A stretch of DNA of 64,000 nucleotides from Candidatus Poribacteria bacterium (GCA_965261115.1 OZ253447.1:3402011-3466010), one strand, 5' to 3'; counted from the first letter of the stretch, positions 18,578 through 28,416 are shown. Notes: generated by a model not told the origin, from the letters alone. Numbers and translations: made by a program.

Positions 18578-19705
18578 CTAAATCGGTCGCCACCGGATGA
18601 TACAGAAATGTGAGTTCCCTGTAGCGTTCTCCCATTTGCTGACATCACCATAGCAGGAACCGATGAAAGTCAATATCTCTTCACCGTCTAAACTGACGTG
18701 TCGCGGGAAACCTGCGACGTGTCCGTGACAGAGATAGTAGATTTCATCTGACCAAGTTTTGCCGTTATCGTCGCTTACCATCGCACGACCGCTGCCGAGT
18801 TCGCGTGGATAACGGTGGTCGTACGCTACGACAGCACGGTTATTAGAAAGCCCAACAGCAGCACCGTGGCATTGTCCGTGTACACTCGTCAATTGACGCA
18901 GATCCGTCCATGTAGCACCGTTGTCTACTGAGTCAGCAAGAAAAACAGTTTTGTTCGTGTGGGGTTGGTCTGGCGGTCCAGGTTGGTAACGAATGACACC
19001 GAGCAGCTGCCTTGGGAAAAGTTCTGCGATGTTGACCTCATTGCCGTAGTCCGACAGCAAAAAGCGGGTTGAGAAGGTGTAGCCGTCATCGTCAGAAACG
19101 AAGACGTAAGTCGGATTCGTGCCTTCCTCAAACGGATCATCACGTCTTTTGATCGGGAGGAGAAGCGTTCCATCGCTGAGACGGGTTAGGCTTGAACCCG
19201 CAACAGTTTTCTGAAACGGTGCGACATCTATCTCGCTCGTCTGTTCCCATGTTTCACCTTCATCATCGGACATCCAGACAGTGGGCGGTTGTTCTTCACC
19301 CTGTTGACTTACGTTAATCAGGTGCCCGTGACGATTGGCTTGCAGCAACCATCCGTTGAAACCGAACGCAGAAGGATCTCTATTGAGGTGTTCCCAAGTT
19401 TTACCACCATCCGTGGATTTAGAGATGATAGTGTGCTGGACTGCATAGATAGTGTTATCGGGAGCCAACACAAGATTTAATCCCTGATAATGCGCTTGTG
19501 GGTCCAAAGGCATGCGGGTTTTCTCTACTGCTATCTTGTTCAGAACACCATCGCGGGCATGGAGAATATAATCATCCGCTTGCATATCGCTCAATTGGTT
19601 TGGGGTGACGACAGCACCGCCCATGTTTTCGGTTGACAGCATTAGTGGTTCCTCCTGGGCTATCCCAATTGCGGAAGTAATAGAAAATGGCACAGATTTA
19701 CTCAT
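18578..19705 (-). CDS. BNR/Asp-box repeat glycoside hydrolase (sialidase-like)
   Basis: Five Asp-box motifs (STDGGKTW, SDDEGETW, SDDDGYTF, SVDNGATW, SDDNGKTW). The ATG at 19705 overlaps the upstream TGA (ATGA coupling). Confidence 0.8.
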   Translation of the reverse strand: MSKSVPFSITSAIGIAQEEPLMLSTENMGGAVVTPNQLSDMQADDYILHARDGVLNKIAVEKTRMPLDPQAHYQGLNLVLAPDNTIYAVQHTIISKSTDGGKTWEHLNRDPSAFGFNGWLLQANRHGHLINVSQQGEEQPPTVWMSDDEGETWEQTSEIDVAPFQKTVAGSSLTRLSDGTLLLPIKRRDDPFEEGTNPTYVFVSDDDGYTFSTRFLLSDYGNEVNIAELFPRQLLGVIRYQPGPPDQPHTNKTVFLADSVDNGATWTDLRQLTSVHGQCHGAAVGLSNNRAVVAYDHRYPRELGSGRAMVSDDNGKTWSDEIYYLCHGHVAGFPRHVSLDGEEILTFIGSCYGDVSKWENATGNSHFCIIRWRPI

Positions 19706-21312
19706 TGATTTGCCGTCTCGGGATCTTCCGTTGAAATGTAATAATAACCCTGCATGATGCACATTTCATCCTCAGATGTTAATCCGAATCGAAGCGGTAC
19801 ATCCGTATCGTAGTTGCTGTGAGTGCACTGAAAACGGAGGCCATCGTTGTGATCCAGTATTAAGGGCGGATCGAATAGATTTGGAAACGAGGTGTCGTAA
19901 GAAATGCTCCGATGCAGCAATTCCCCTGTGAATAGCCGATTGATTTCAAAGAGTTCTCCGTGCCGATGCATGTGAGAACTCACGGAGATCAGATGCAAAC
20001 GCGCATTAGGTGGAAATCCGTGTTGAGCGAGTTCATTTTTAACGTGCCAGTCTGCTCCTGTCACACGAGTTGTTCCAGGTGGAACGTTAATATTATAATT
20101 ATGGACAAGGAAAACCTTCGCTTCATACTTTACCTCTTCGGGCGGAATCGTATAGATATTCACATAGACCTCACCGTGCATCGTTTCAGTGCCAAGTAAA
20201 TTGATGTAATGTGAGTTGAGGTCGTAGACAGCATTCCCCGGAAGCCGAAGCGCTACACCTTTTGGAAATCGGAAACTTGTGTCAGTCGTTTGCGACCCCG
20301 CGATGAGAAAACGCTCAACACCGATTATTCCGAACGTTCCGATATGCGCGAGGTCGAATAGCCTGAAGGTATCGTTTGGGTCAACACCGATCCCTGGTGT
20401 CGCTCCAATCTCTAATAAACCTCTTTCAATAGCGGCATCCGTCAGATAAAATATAGCGAAGTGGTGGCTCCCGACGGGATAGTATATTTCTACACCGTTC
20501 ACGAAAATATCTTCCTGAATGGGTTGCCCGTTTTCGTCAACGATTTGTGTTGCATAGTAAACCTCGCGCTCTGTTCCGGGTTCAATCTTGAAAGATGGTA
20601 AATGGAGTTGATAGCCTTGCCCCGGTGGTGGCCGTACTGGCGGTTCAAATACCTCAAGTGGATCGCGTAGGACGGAAAGATCGCCAATCCCGTCCAGTAT
20701 CCCTTCTTGTGGGGCACCTGCGGTAATCCAAGTCCGAATTGCATCTATCTTGCCAGAATGAAGTGTTCCAGCGTTGAAAGGCATTCGCGCCCCTTGTTCA
20801 GGTGTAGGATCCATCAGTTTTTTCAAAAGAAAGCTATTCTCTGGGTTGCCCGGATCTATCAACTTCATACCCGCCGCAACGGCTGCAGGGTTCTGTGGAA
20901 CGCGACCGACCAAATCTTGATACGAAAGTTCATAAGTGAGGTTCAAATTACCGGCATTTGCAGGGGCAGCATGGCAAGCACTATTCGCACAACTCTTATC
21001 GAAGATGTAGTCCTGAATTTCGTGATATGTTGAATTGTCATTTACCTCTGTTTTACCGAAACTGTTACTTACCCGAACCAGATCCAGCACGTTGACTATT
21101 CCGTCCCGATTGACATCGGGACTCTGTAAAGCGTTTCGATCTCCGGGTTGCCCGAGGGCAGCAGCGACGAGTACTAACTCTTGGATATTCACGGTCCCGT
21201 CTTTGTTGACATCCTCTAACAGGGTAGAAGTATCGTCGTGCGCGAACGCAAAGAAGGATACTCCACTCAGAAATAAAAAGAGCAGCATGGAATGAATCGT
21301 TTGTTTCAACAT
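19702..21312 (-). CDS. secreted copper type II ascorbate-dependent monooxygenase-like protein (PHM/DBH-like N and C domains) with two N-terminal dockerin-type repeats and a C..CH cytochrome-like motif
   Basis: Signal peptide. DVNKDGTVNIQELVLVA and DVNRDGIVNVLDLVRV dockerin repeats. HHF and SHMHRHGE histidine motifs. C-terminal SEDEMCIMQGYYY typical of Cu2_monoox_C. An alternative start lies at 21351. Confidence 0.7.
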   Translation of the reverse strand: MLKQTIHSMLLFLFLSGVSFFAFAHDDTSTLLEDVNKDGTVNIQELVLVAAALGQPGDRNALQSPDVNRDGIVNVLDLVRVSNSFGKTEVNDNSTYHEIQDYIFDKSCANSACHAAPANAGNLNLTYELSYQDLVGRVPQNPAAVAAGMKLIDPGNPENSFLLKKLMDPTPEQGARMPFNAGTLHSGKIDAIRTWITAGAPQEGILDGIGDLSVLRDPLEVFEPPVRPPPGQGYQLHLPSFKIEPGTEREVYYATQIVDENGQPIQEDIFVNGVEIYYPVGSHHFAIFYLTDAAIERGLLEIGATPGIGVDPNDTFRLFDLAHIGTFGIIGVERFLIAGSQTTDTSFRFPKGVALRLPGNAVYDLNSHYINLLGTETMHGEVYVNIYTIPPEEVKYEAKVFLVHNYNINVPPGTTRVTGADWHVKNELAQHGFPPNARLHLISVSSHMHRHGELFEINRLFTGELLHRSISYDTSFPNLFDPPLILDHNDGLRFQCTHSNYDTDVPLRFGLTSEDEMCIMQGYYYISTEDPETANQ

Positions 21313-21468
21313 GATTAACAACCCCCAATTCTTTAGCGTATAAACAGACAAGTCAGAAACTTTCTCTTGTCTGATATGATGAATTATGGCAAAATGTTTG
21401 ATGCCTCTTATTCGATTAGTTTACACGATGGAACCGTACAAAGCAAGCGATTTTAAAGAAAAACAGAT

Positions 21469-22146
21469 ATGAATATATTTGATGCGACTCAAAAACATTA
21501 CAACGCGGCGGGTGTTCACCCGACAACCGATCCTGATGACCCGAGATCACAATTTGCTGTTGACAGATACAAAGACCATTTACCGAAACTCATAAAACCC
21601 GGCATGCGTGCATTAGACTTAGGCTGCAATGCAGGACGGTTCACTTTTGCTATGGAAGACATGGGTGCCATAGCAACAGGTATTGACTTCGCAGAAATTC
21701 CACTCCGCCACGCCAAAAAGGTCGCAGAAAAAAGAAAGAGTCAATGCCAGTTTAATATCGGGGATATGGCTGCGCTACCTTACAAAGCGAATTCTTTCGA
21801 CCTCGCGTTCCTCCCTCAAAATAATGGCTACTTATCATATCAAATGCTGGAGAATTTAACCGTTCAACTTAAAGATATCCTATCGGACAACGGTATTTTC
21901 GTGGTAATTATGCATGATGAATTGGTCAAGAGAACGGGAGAGGAAACCCTTCCAGAGCGATACGATGTCCAGAGCGGTTTGATAGGAGGAAGGCGTACAA
22001 TTCCAGACAAAGGAACGTACGCGTCGCCATGGTACTTTTGGACAGTCGCTTTTGCCAAGTACATTGTTGAGAAGCATCTCCCTTTAGAACAGGTCGAGCA
22101 GATAGAAGAAAATAGATTTATGTTGGTATTCTGTAATAAAAAGTGA
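21469..22146 (+). CDS. class I SAM-dependent methyltransferase
   Basis: Motif I ALDLGCNAGRFT. Motif post-I acidic residue. Confidence 0.8.
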   Translation: MNIFDATQKHYNAAGVHPTTDPDDPRSQFAVDRYKDHLPKLIKPGMRALDLGCNAGRFTFAMEDMGAIATGIDFAEIPLRHAKKVAEKRKSQCQFNIGDMAALPYKANSFDLAFLPQNNGYLSYQMLENLTVQLKDILSDNGIFVVIMHDELVKRTGEETLPERYDVQSGLIGGRRTIPDKGTYASPWYFWTVAFAKYIVEKHLPLEQVEQIEENRFMLVFCNKK

Positions 22147-22161
22147 AGAGGAGTTCAGTAA

Positions 22162-22914
22162 ATGGCAGAAAAAAACGCAATAGAACATCTCGAAACATTC
22201 GGATATTGCTTAATTGAAGATGCGATTCCTGCAGCGCAAGCAGATGCGATGGCGGAGAAGTATTTTCAACTTCATCAAGACCCAACGAATCAACAGGCTT
22301 TTCAGGATCCGAATGCCGAACTGTATCAAACCCTTTTCGGTGTGGTCAACCTTGATGAGATGTGTTGGGAATGTATCGCACATCCACAAGTATTAGGGGT
22401 TGTCCGTCATTTTCTCGGCGACAGCGCACGGTTGGGTGAGGCGTGTACGAAATGGGTCAAGCCGCGTGCACCGCAGGGCGGTATCCATTCCGATTCGACG
22501 CATGATCTACCCGCGCGTTTGCCCGAAACACCGTGGATGATTAATTCCATCTGGATGATAACGGATTTTACGGTTGAGAACGGGGCAACGATTGTTGTAC
22601 CGTTTAGCCATCGCGCACGGCGTAGACCTTCGCAGTCCGATATTGCAGAGAGTCATCCAGTATCGGTCTGTGGAAAACGTGGTTCTGTGCTATTATGGCA
22701 TGGTGGTACATGGCACGGGCAAGGCGCGAACACAACGGACGATCAACATCGTATGGCGTTGAATATCGCTTACTATCCGGCTTGGTGGAACCTGATGCGT
22801 GAGGGTGGACACCAACCCGTTTTTCCCGAAACCTTCGCAAAAATGCCGGAAGACCTACAAGCACTCGTTCGACATAAGGTCGCAAAACGGCGTGCAGATA
22901 TCTATGAGTTTTGA
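22162..22914 (+). CDS. phytanoyl-CoA dioxygenase (PhyH) family Fe(II)/2OG oxygenase
   Basis: HxD..H facial triad context (GGIHSDSTHD, WHGQGANT). PhyH-like length. Confidence 0.8.
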   Translation: MAEKNAIEHLETFGYCLIEDAIPAAQADAMAEKYFQLHQDPTNQQAFQDPNAELYQTLFGVVNLDEMCWECIAHPQVLGVVRHFLGDSARLGEACTKWVKPRAPQGGIHSDSTHDLPARLPETPWMINSIWMITDFTVENGATIVVPFSHRARRRPSQSDIAESHPVSVCGKRGSVLLWHGGTWHGQGANTTDDQHRMALNIAYYPAWWNLMREGGHQPVFPETFAKMPEDLQALVRHKVAKRRADIYEF

Positions 22915-22935
22915 TCTGACTAAGTGTTTACGTTA

Positions 22936-23397
22936 TTATTGCGATACAGTCTTGAGAACCGCCTTGGTAGCGTCTGAGATGTTAAGCGTTGTGAATGCTG
23001 CATCGGACAACGCAACCCAATAGTATGCTTGATGTTCACTGGGACTGAGTTTGATCTCACCCGCCTTGACCTCAACAAAAAAATTGAAATGTCTCGTTTT
23101 TTTGCCCGAACTGGATATCCAATCAAAGGATCCGAGATATTCGAGGACTAATGTTACGAGAAGTCCCGTCTCTTCTTGGACTTCTCGAGCGAGTGCTGTA
23201 AGTAGACCTTCCCCCACCTCCACGGTGCCACTCGGAATTCCAACAAACCCACCCATAGAGTCAGATGGAACTCGCTCCAGAAGCAAGAACTTGTTATTTT
23301 TACAGATGACAGCACCCACAACCAGTTTTTGGATGCCATCTTTTTGAGAATCGGTGTGCAATTGCTGAATGATAGTAGGCGCGATGTTTGACTGCAT
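22936..23397 (-). CDS. NUDIX hydrolase
   Basis: Nudix box GIPSGTVEVGEGLLTALAREVQEETGL. Confidence 0.85.
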   Translation of the reverse strand: MQSNIAPTIIQQLHTDSQKDGIQKLVVGAVICKNNKFLLLERVPSDSMGGFVGIPSGTVEVGEGLLTALAREVQEETGLLVTLVLEYLGSFDWISSSGKKTRHFNFFVEVKAGEIKLSPSEHQAYYWVALSDAAFTTLNISDATKAVLKTVSQ

Positions 23398-23405
23398 AGT
23401 GTGGT

Positions 23406-24659
23406 TTATTTCACGCGTTGCCCTGCTTGAAAGACTGCGGTTACTCGGCTAACGGCATCTACATCCTTGGTTGGATCGCTCTCAAAAGCGACGAGATCCG
23501 CGATTTTGCCCGGTGCAATGGTCCCAATGTCATCTGCCATTCCGATCGCCTCCGCGGAAATACGGGTCGCTGAGATGAGTGCCTCTGCAGGTGTAAATCC
23601 GACTTGGACAAGCAGTTGCAAATCGTAGTCGAGATGCCCAAACGCGAGATTGCCAACGCCTGAATCGGTGCCGGGGACAATCCGATCCCGAAGATCGTAG
23701 TCGAGCATACGGCGCATCACATCTAAGCGGGTTTCTGCGCGTGCCTCAAGTTGTTGCAATTCGGTTGTTTCATCAGCAGAAATCACCCCGCTATCACGTT
23801 TCGCACGGAGTTCAACGATGCGTGGATAGCCTGTCCACGCTTGGAGGGTCGGACTAATCCAGATGCCAGATTCCGCCATCATCTCGGCAATTTTAGGGTC
23901 AAACCGGAGTTCGCCATCTGGGTCGAGAAACTCTGCATGTTCCATCAAGTCGATGCCAGCTTCAACAGCGCGTACCATTGATTCTTTCGCTCGGCAGTGC
24001 GCTACCGTGAGCCGATGAAAGTGGTGTGCCTCGTGGACAGCGGCGTGCAATTCAGCGACGGAATAACTGGCGCGTCCTGGAATCGTTCCAGCAGTACCAC
24101 CCCCTGATGCCATAATCTTGATGTAGTCTGCACCTTCGTGAACCAACCGACGGACCGAGCGTCGCATCTCAGCCTCACCGTCTGCTGTTTCGTTACACAT
24201 GTGGAAATGTCCACCCGTGCAAGTGATGGGGCGTCCACTCACTAAAGCGCGGGGACCGGGAATGTAACCGCGTTCAAGTCCTTCCTTGAGCGTAAATCCT
24301 ACCTTATTTCTCGCGCCATGTTCACGGATCGTCGTAATCCCTGCGGCGAGATGGCGTTGCAGATTCATCGCACCGGTTAGCACCATCATCTCATCGGTTT
24401 CAGAGAACATCTGGACGTAGTTCCGTCCATCACCTGCAAGACTCAGATGCGTGTGTCCGTCAATGAGCCCTGGTGCGAGGCACGCATCGTCGAGATCGAT
24501 AAACTGCGCGTCAGGCGGTACCTGTTTCGCAATCTCTTTTTGATGCCCGACAGCATCAATCCGTCCGTTGGTTACGAGAATCGCCTGATCGGTTTTAGCG
24601 GACGTGCTTATCCCGTCAACAAGCAGTGCTGCGCAGATGTGAACGGTTTTACTTGTCAT
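23406..24659 (-). CDS. amidohydrolase-family metal-dependent hydrolase
   Basis: HTHLS metal-binding motif and an amidohydrolase barrel. Start moved to the ATG at 24659, which has an AAAGGAG RBS. The 15-codon upstream extension is a translated repeat element. Confidence 0.8.
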   Translation of the reverse strand: MTSKTVHICAALLVDGISTSAKTDQAILVTNGRIDAVGHQKEIAKQVPPDAQFIDLDDACLAPGLIDGHTHLSLAGDGRNYVQMFSETDEMMVLTGAMNLQRHLAAGITTIREHGARNKVGFTLKEGLERGYIPGPRALVSGRPITCTGGHFHMCNETADGEAEMRRSVRRLVHEGADYIKIMASGGGTAGTIPGRASYSVAELHAAVHEAHHFHRLTVAHCRAKESMVRAVEAGIDLMEHAEFLDPDGELRFDPKIAEMMAESGIWISPTLQAWTGYPRIVELRAKRDSGVISADETTELQQLEARAETRLDVMRRMLDYDLRDRIVPGTDSGVGNLAFGHLDYDLQLLVQVGFTPAEALISATRISAEAIGMADDIGTIAPGKIADLVAFESDPTKDVDAVSRVTAVFQAGQRVK

Positions 24660-24678
24660 GAATTCAACTCCTTTAATG

Positions 24679-24770
24679 GCTATCGGCTGTCGGCTATCAG
24701 CCATCAGTGGAAAAGACGTTCGGTTAACCGAGAACCTCTTTGCTGACCGCTGATAACTGACGGCTGATTT
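24679..24770. repeat. inverted tandem-heptad element (CTATCGG/CTGTCGG/CTATCAG/CCATCAG ... CTGACCG/CTGATAA/CTGACGG/CTGATTT)
   Basis: Heptad arrays in inverted orientation flank a roughly 30-bp core. The core is related to that of the copy at 30602-30709. Confidence 0.5.
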
Positions 24771-25612
24771 CAGACTTTCACAACAAATTCACACCCTTGA
24801 CGAAACCATTCTCGAAGGATGGTGTCTTCGTTGTAAGTCCGTTTCGCTTGCGAACCTGATGCCTTTGAGAGGTCTATTGTTGCCGAAACGATGTCGTCCC
24901 CGAAAAATCCAGCCTCTGTGATAACGTTGCCATCCGGATGCACAATCTTCGAGTTTCCGTGTGATGATCCGGGTGACCGAAAATCATCTGGGTTTGCTGG
25001 CGTATTCGCCATTGCAAGGTAAATCCCGTTCTCCGTCGCGCGTGAGATCGGCATCGCACGATACGCCGACAACTTATATTCCGATAACAAACCTGCCTCA
25101 CACGAGCAGAAAATGCAGAGTTGCGCGCCCATCGCTGCGGGTAACTTGACCAATTCTGGATAGCGCACATCGTGGCAGATGATAAAACAACAGTCAATAC
25201 CTGCCAGTTTCACGATAGGTAGTTTACCACGATTGTTGATACACCATTTCTCCCCCGCGAGAAAGGTCTTGCCGTACCGGTATTTAAGGCTCCCTTGTTG
25301 ATCGAAGATCGCTAAATCGTTGTGCCAGTTTTCGCCATCGTGGTGTGCAGAACCGACGACAACAGCCATGGAGTGCCGGCGCGCAGCCTCGGCAATCTTC
25401 GCTTCGCCTTCTTTAAAAACTTGTGGCGAGATGCGTTCCCAATAATCTGTCCGACAACAATAGCCGAACAGACACCCTTCCGGGAATACTGCAATCTGGA
25501 TCCCCATCTCCGCACACGCTTCAATCTGTTGCAGGACTTTCGCGGTACTTGCGGAAACATCTTCGCTTGTGAGCAATTGACACGCTGCTATTTTAATCTG
25601 GTTTTCAGCCAT
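24770..25612 (-). CDS. carbon-nitrogen hydrolase (nitrilase superfamily)
   Basis: IKIAACQL, VFPEG (Glu), CHDVRYPE (Cys) motifs. Confidence 0.85.
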   Translation of the reverse strand: MAENQIKIAACQLLTSEDVSASTAKVLQQIEACAEMGIQIAVFPEGCLFGYCCRTDYWERISPQVFKEGEAKIAEAARRHSMAVVVGSAHHDGENWHNDLAIFDQQGSLKYRYGKTFLAGEKWCINNRGKLPIVKLAGIDCCFIICHDVRYPELVKLPAAMGAQLCIFCSCEAGLLSEYKLSAYRAMPISRATENGIYLAMANTPANPDDFRSPGSSHGNSKIVHPDGNVITEAGFFGDDIVSATIDLSKASGSQAKRTYNEDTILREWFRQGCEFVVKV

Positions 25613-25702
25613 CTGAATGTCCCCCTTTGCGTTTTTGGCATTGTATCACATCCGCCTATTTGATTCAAGCGTTGAAGGTATTTGGTAACATGCAGAAACC
25701 TG

Positions 25703-25731
25703 TTGACATGCGCCGCGCAATTTGATATAAG
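25703..25731 (+). promoter_or_regulatory. sigma70-like promoter (TTGACA-17-TATAAG) upstream of enolase gene
   Basis: TTGACA 25703-25708, 17-nt spacer, TATAAG 25726-25731. The gene starts at 25774. Confidence 0.4.
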
Positions 25732-25773
25732 AGTTAGGTATTCACTACAAAGTCAGCACAGGAGAAATGGATT

Positions 25774-26937
25774 ATGAAAATTACCGACATCAAACCGTAT
25801 CCCGTTTGGGTGGGACACAGAAATCAACACATTGTTAAAGTAGAGACCGATGAAGGCATTTATGGTTGGGGTGAATCCGGGCTTTCGAGCCGAGAATTAG
25901 CAGTGGTGGGTGCAGTTAAGCACTATCGAGAATTCTTGATTGGGCGCGATCCGATGCAGATCAGCGGGTTGTGGCAGGAGATGTACCGGAGTCAGTATTT
26001 TGAGGGCGGTCGTGCGTTAACAGGCGCGATCTCAGCGATTGACATTGCCCTCCACGATATTGTAGGAAAGGCGTTGAACGTACCGGTTTACCAGTTACTC
26101 GGTGGAAAGTTACGTGATGCTGTTCCGTGCTTCGCAACAACGGGTGCAGGGACAGTTGAGCAATTAATCGAAAACGCCCAATTATTGCTGGATAACGGCT
26201 GGAACGTCATCCGCACAAACGTGTTGTATCGTGCCAAACCGGGTGATGCGGAAAACATCTTTGAGCCACGTGAGTCTATCAGTCTTGCAGCGGAGTGGTT
26301 GACGGCACTTCGGGAAGCCATCGGATCCGAACCTGTGCTTGGCATTGATTACCATCACCGACTCAGCGTCGCGGAAGCCGCATCGTTCTGCCAGCGTATG
26401 CCCTCCGGCACACTCGACTTTTTGGAAGAGCCGATCCGAGATGAGACCCCAGAGGCGTATGAATCACTACGGACGATGGTGGATGTGCCGTTTGCTATTG
26501 GCGAGGAGTTCTCCAGCAAATGGCAGTTTCTACCCTATCTGGAGCGTGGGATCACGAACTTCGCCCGGCTTGACGTATGCAATGTCGGTGGATTGACGGA
26601 ATCGATGAAGGTTGCTGGCTTGGCAGAGGCGCACTATATTGACCTAATGCCACACAATCCGTTAGGTCCCATCTGCACGGCTGCGACGGTTCATCTGGCA
26701 GCGGCGGTTACGAACTTCGCATGGTTAGAAATCCGCGTTTCCCCAACAGAAAAATCTGGACATTATGATGACGATCTGTTTCCTGTGCAACATAGACTTG
26801 AAGGTGCATCTATACCAGTACCGGACGGTCCCGGCTTGGGGGTCGAAGTTAATGAAGAACTGGTCACGTCCCAGACATTCAAATTCGCGGAACCGCCACA
26901 TTTGCGTCGACGCGACGGTTCACATACGAATTGGTAG
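25774..26937 (+). CDS. enolase-superfamily mandelate racemase/muconate lactonizing enzyme (galactonate dehydratase-like)
   Basis: MKITDIKPYPV..GIYGWGE..GRDP..IS..W N-domain and a metal-binding barrel. Confidence 0.85.
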   Translation: MKITDIKPYPVWVGHRNQHIVKVETDEGIYGWGESGLSSRELAVVGAVKHYREFLIGRDPMQISGLWQEMYRSQYFEGGRALTGAISAIDIALHDIVGKALNVPVYQLLGGKLRDAVPCFATTGAGTVEQLIENAQLLLDNGWNVIRTNVLYRAKPGDAENIFEPRESISLAAEWLTALREAIGSEPVLGIDYHHRLSVAEAASFCQRMPSGTLDFLEEPIRDETPEAYESLRTMVDVPFAIGEEFSSKWQFLPYLERGITNFARLDVCNVGGLTESMKVAGLAEAHYIDLMPHNPLGPICTAATVHLAAAVTNFAWLEIRVSPTEKSGHYDDDLFPVQHRLEGASIPVPDGPGLGVEVNEELVTSQTFKFAEPPHLRRRDGSHTNW

Positions 26938-27141
26938 TATGCCGTCCGAGAAGCTGCGTGAAGTGCTGCAAGTTAATGATGCGTTATCAAAACTCCGAGA
27001 CTAAAACTCCCGTGCTTTAGCAGGGAGATACAGTCTCGCCCTCGTTAATTAGACCACGGGTCTACATTGAAAATAAATTTGATCTTCTAACCTTTTTGTG
27101 GTATAATACCTGTATAATCTAACATAAAAAAGGTTTTTAGA

Positions 27142-27555
27142 ATGAGATTAGAAACACCAGATTTAGTATATCAAACAACCAGATATTCTACATACGCCTG
27201 TGAGTATCATATCATTTGGTGTACGAAATATAGACGATCTGCTCTGTCTGATGAAATTCAAGCACGTTTCAAAGAACTTGTATTAGAATCAGAAGAGAAA
27301 TACGGATTCATTGTTCGTGCTATAGAGACAATGGCTGACCACGTGCATTTGTTGATGAGTATTCCACCAACCGAAAATGTAAGTATCATGGTTGGCAAAA
27401 TAAAAAGCATGACAGCCAAAGTATTGCGTGAAGAGTTTCCTCACCTAAAGTCAAGGTTGCCTAACCTGTGGACGCGTTCCTATTTTGTAGCCTCTACCGG
27501 GGGCGTGACATTAGAAGCTTTAAAGCAATATGTAGCATCTCAAAAAGGTGTCTAA
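27142..27555 (+). CDS. tnpA: IS200-type HuH Y1 transposase TnpA
   Basis: 137 aa. HVHLL HuH motif and a C-terminal Y (YFVASTGG). Classic IS200 length. Confidence 0.9.
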   Translation: MRLETPDLVYQTTRYSTYACEYHIIWCTKYRRSALSDEIQARFKELVLESEEKYGFIVRAIETMADHVHLLMSIPPTENVSIMVGKIKSMTAKVLREEFPHLKSRLPNLWTRSYFVASTGGVTLEALKQYVASQKGV

Positions 27556-28320
27556 TGCCAAGTTTCTACCGAACAAAAACACTGAAAATAGAAGAACAAC
27601 CGATATTCTCTGAAGTGAACGCTGCGTCTGCTAACATTAACGGGACAAGAAGTCGTAGGCGTTGATATAGGCGAAATACACCCGATTGTCTCTCACGACG
27701 GGCAAGACACACATATCTACAATGGACGGTATATTAGATCACTATACCGCTATAGAAATAAAGTGCTTGCCGAGTTTAGTCAGACGATCCGTCGGTGTAA
27801 ACGCCATTCAAAACGCTGGTGGAGATTGACGCGTCGGAAGTGGAAACGCATACGAAAGATTGATAACCAAATCAAAGACGCACTCCATAAACAGACGACA
27901 AAGTTTGTGAAATACTGCGAAGTGAAAGGTATTGGTACGATAATACTCGGCGACCTCACAGGTATCCGAAACACTATCAACTATGGCAAACGTGCGAATC
28001 AGAAACTCCACCAGTGGGCTTTCAGTAAGATAGGGGAGTTGATAACCTACAAAGCAAAATGTTTAGGTATCAAAGTCAAAACGATTGACGAATCCTATAC
28101 TTCGCAAACTTGTCCAAAATGCGGTAACCGAAAGAAACCAACACATAGAAACTATACCTGCACATGCGGATTTGAATATCACCGCGACGGTGTAGGTGCG
28201 CTGAATATCAGACGAAAGTATCTGGGCCACTTCGGTGTCCCCGTAGTGGCGGAAATGGGATTTTCCCGCATGACACCGCCCTTGGGCTTTCGCTTGGAAG
28301 TCCCTGTTGCCTCGTCTTAA
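27555..28320 (+). pseudogene. tnpB: TnpB (IS605 OrfB) remnant: internally deleted and frameshifted
   Basis: A TnpB-like N-terminus (YRTKTLKIEEQ) runs straight into the RuvC-I region (GVDIGEIHPIV) in another frame. The C-terminal zinc finger CPKCG..CTCG and RuvC-III (HRDGVGALNI) are retained. Total coding is about 250 aa, against about 400 aa expected. Confidence 0.65.
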
Positions 28321-28416
28321 ACACGAGGAATGTTTCTAAAAGGAACAAAAGAACCACCCTTGTTTTAGCTGGGTGAGTATGTCAGTGAACTGATGTAAGA
28401 AGAGGTATATCAAAAG

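Larger units (their letters stand above)
27000..28400 (+). mobile_element. IS200/IS605-family element (tnpA + degraded tnpB), approximate bounds
   Basis: Subterminal hairpins upstream of tnpA (CTCCCGTGC..GCAGGGAG; AGACC-ACG-GGTCT). tnpA is followed by a tnpB remnant. Confidence 0.6.

Noticed and set aside
24660-24704. 15-codon N-terminal extension of the amidohydrolase ORF (MADSRQPIAIKGVEF)
   Set aside because: It is the heptad-repeat element translated by chance. A strong AAAGGAG RBS sits just upstream of the internal ATG at 24659. The same situation occurs at 30573-30611 for the enolase gene.
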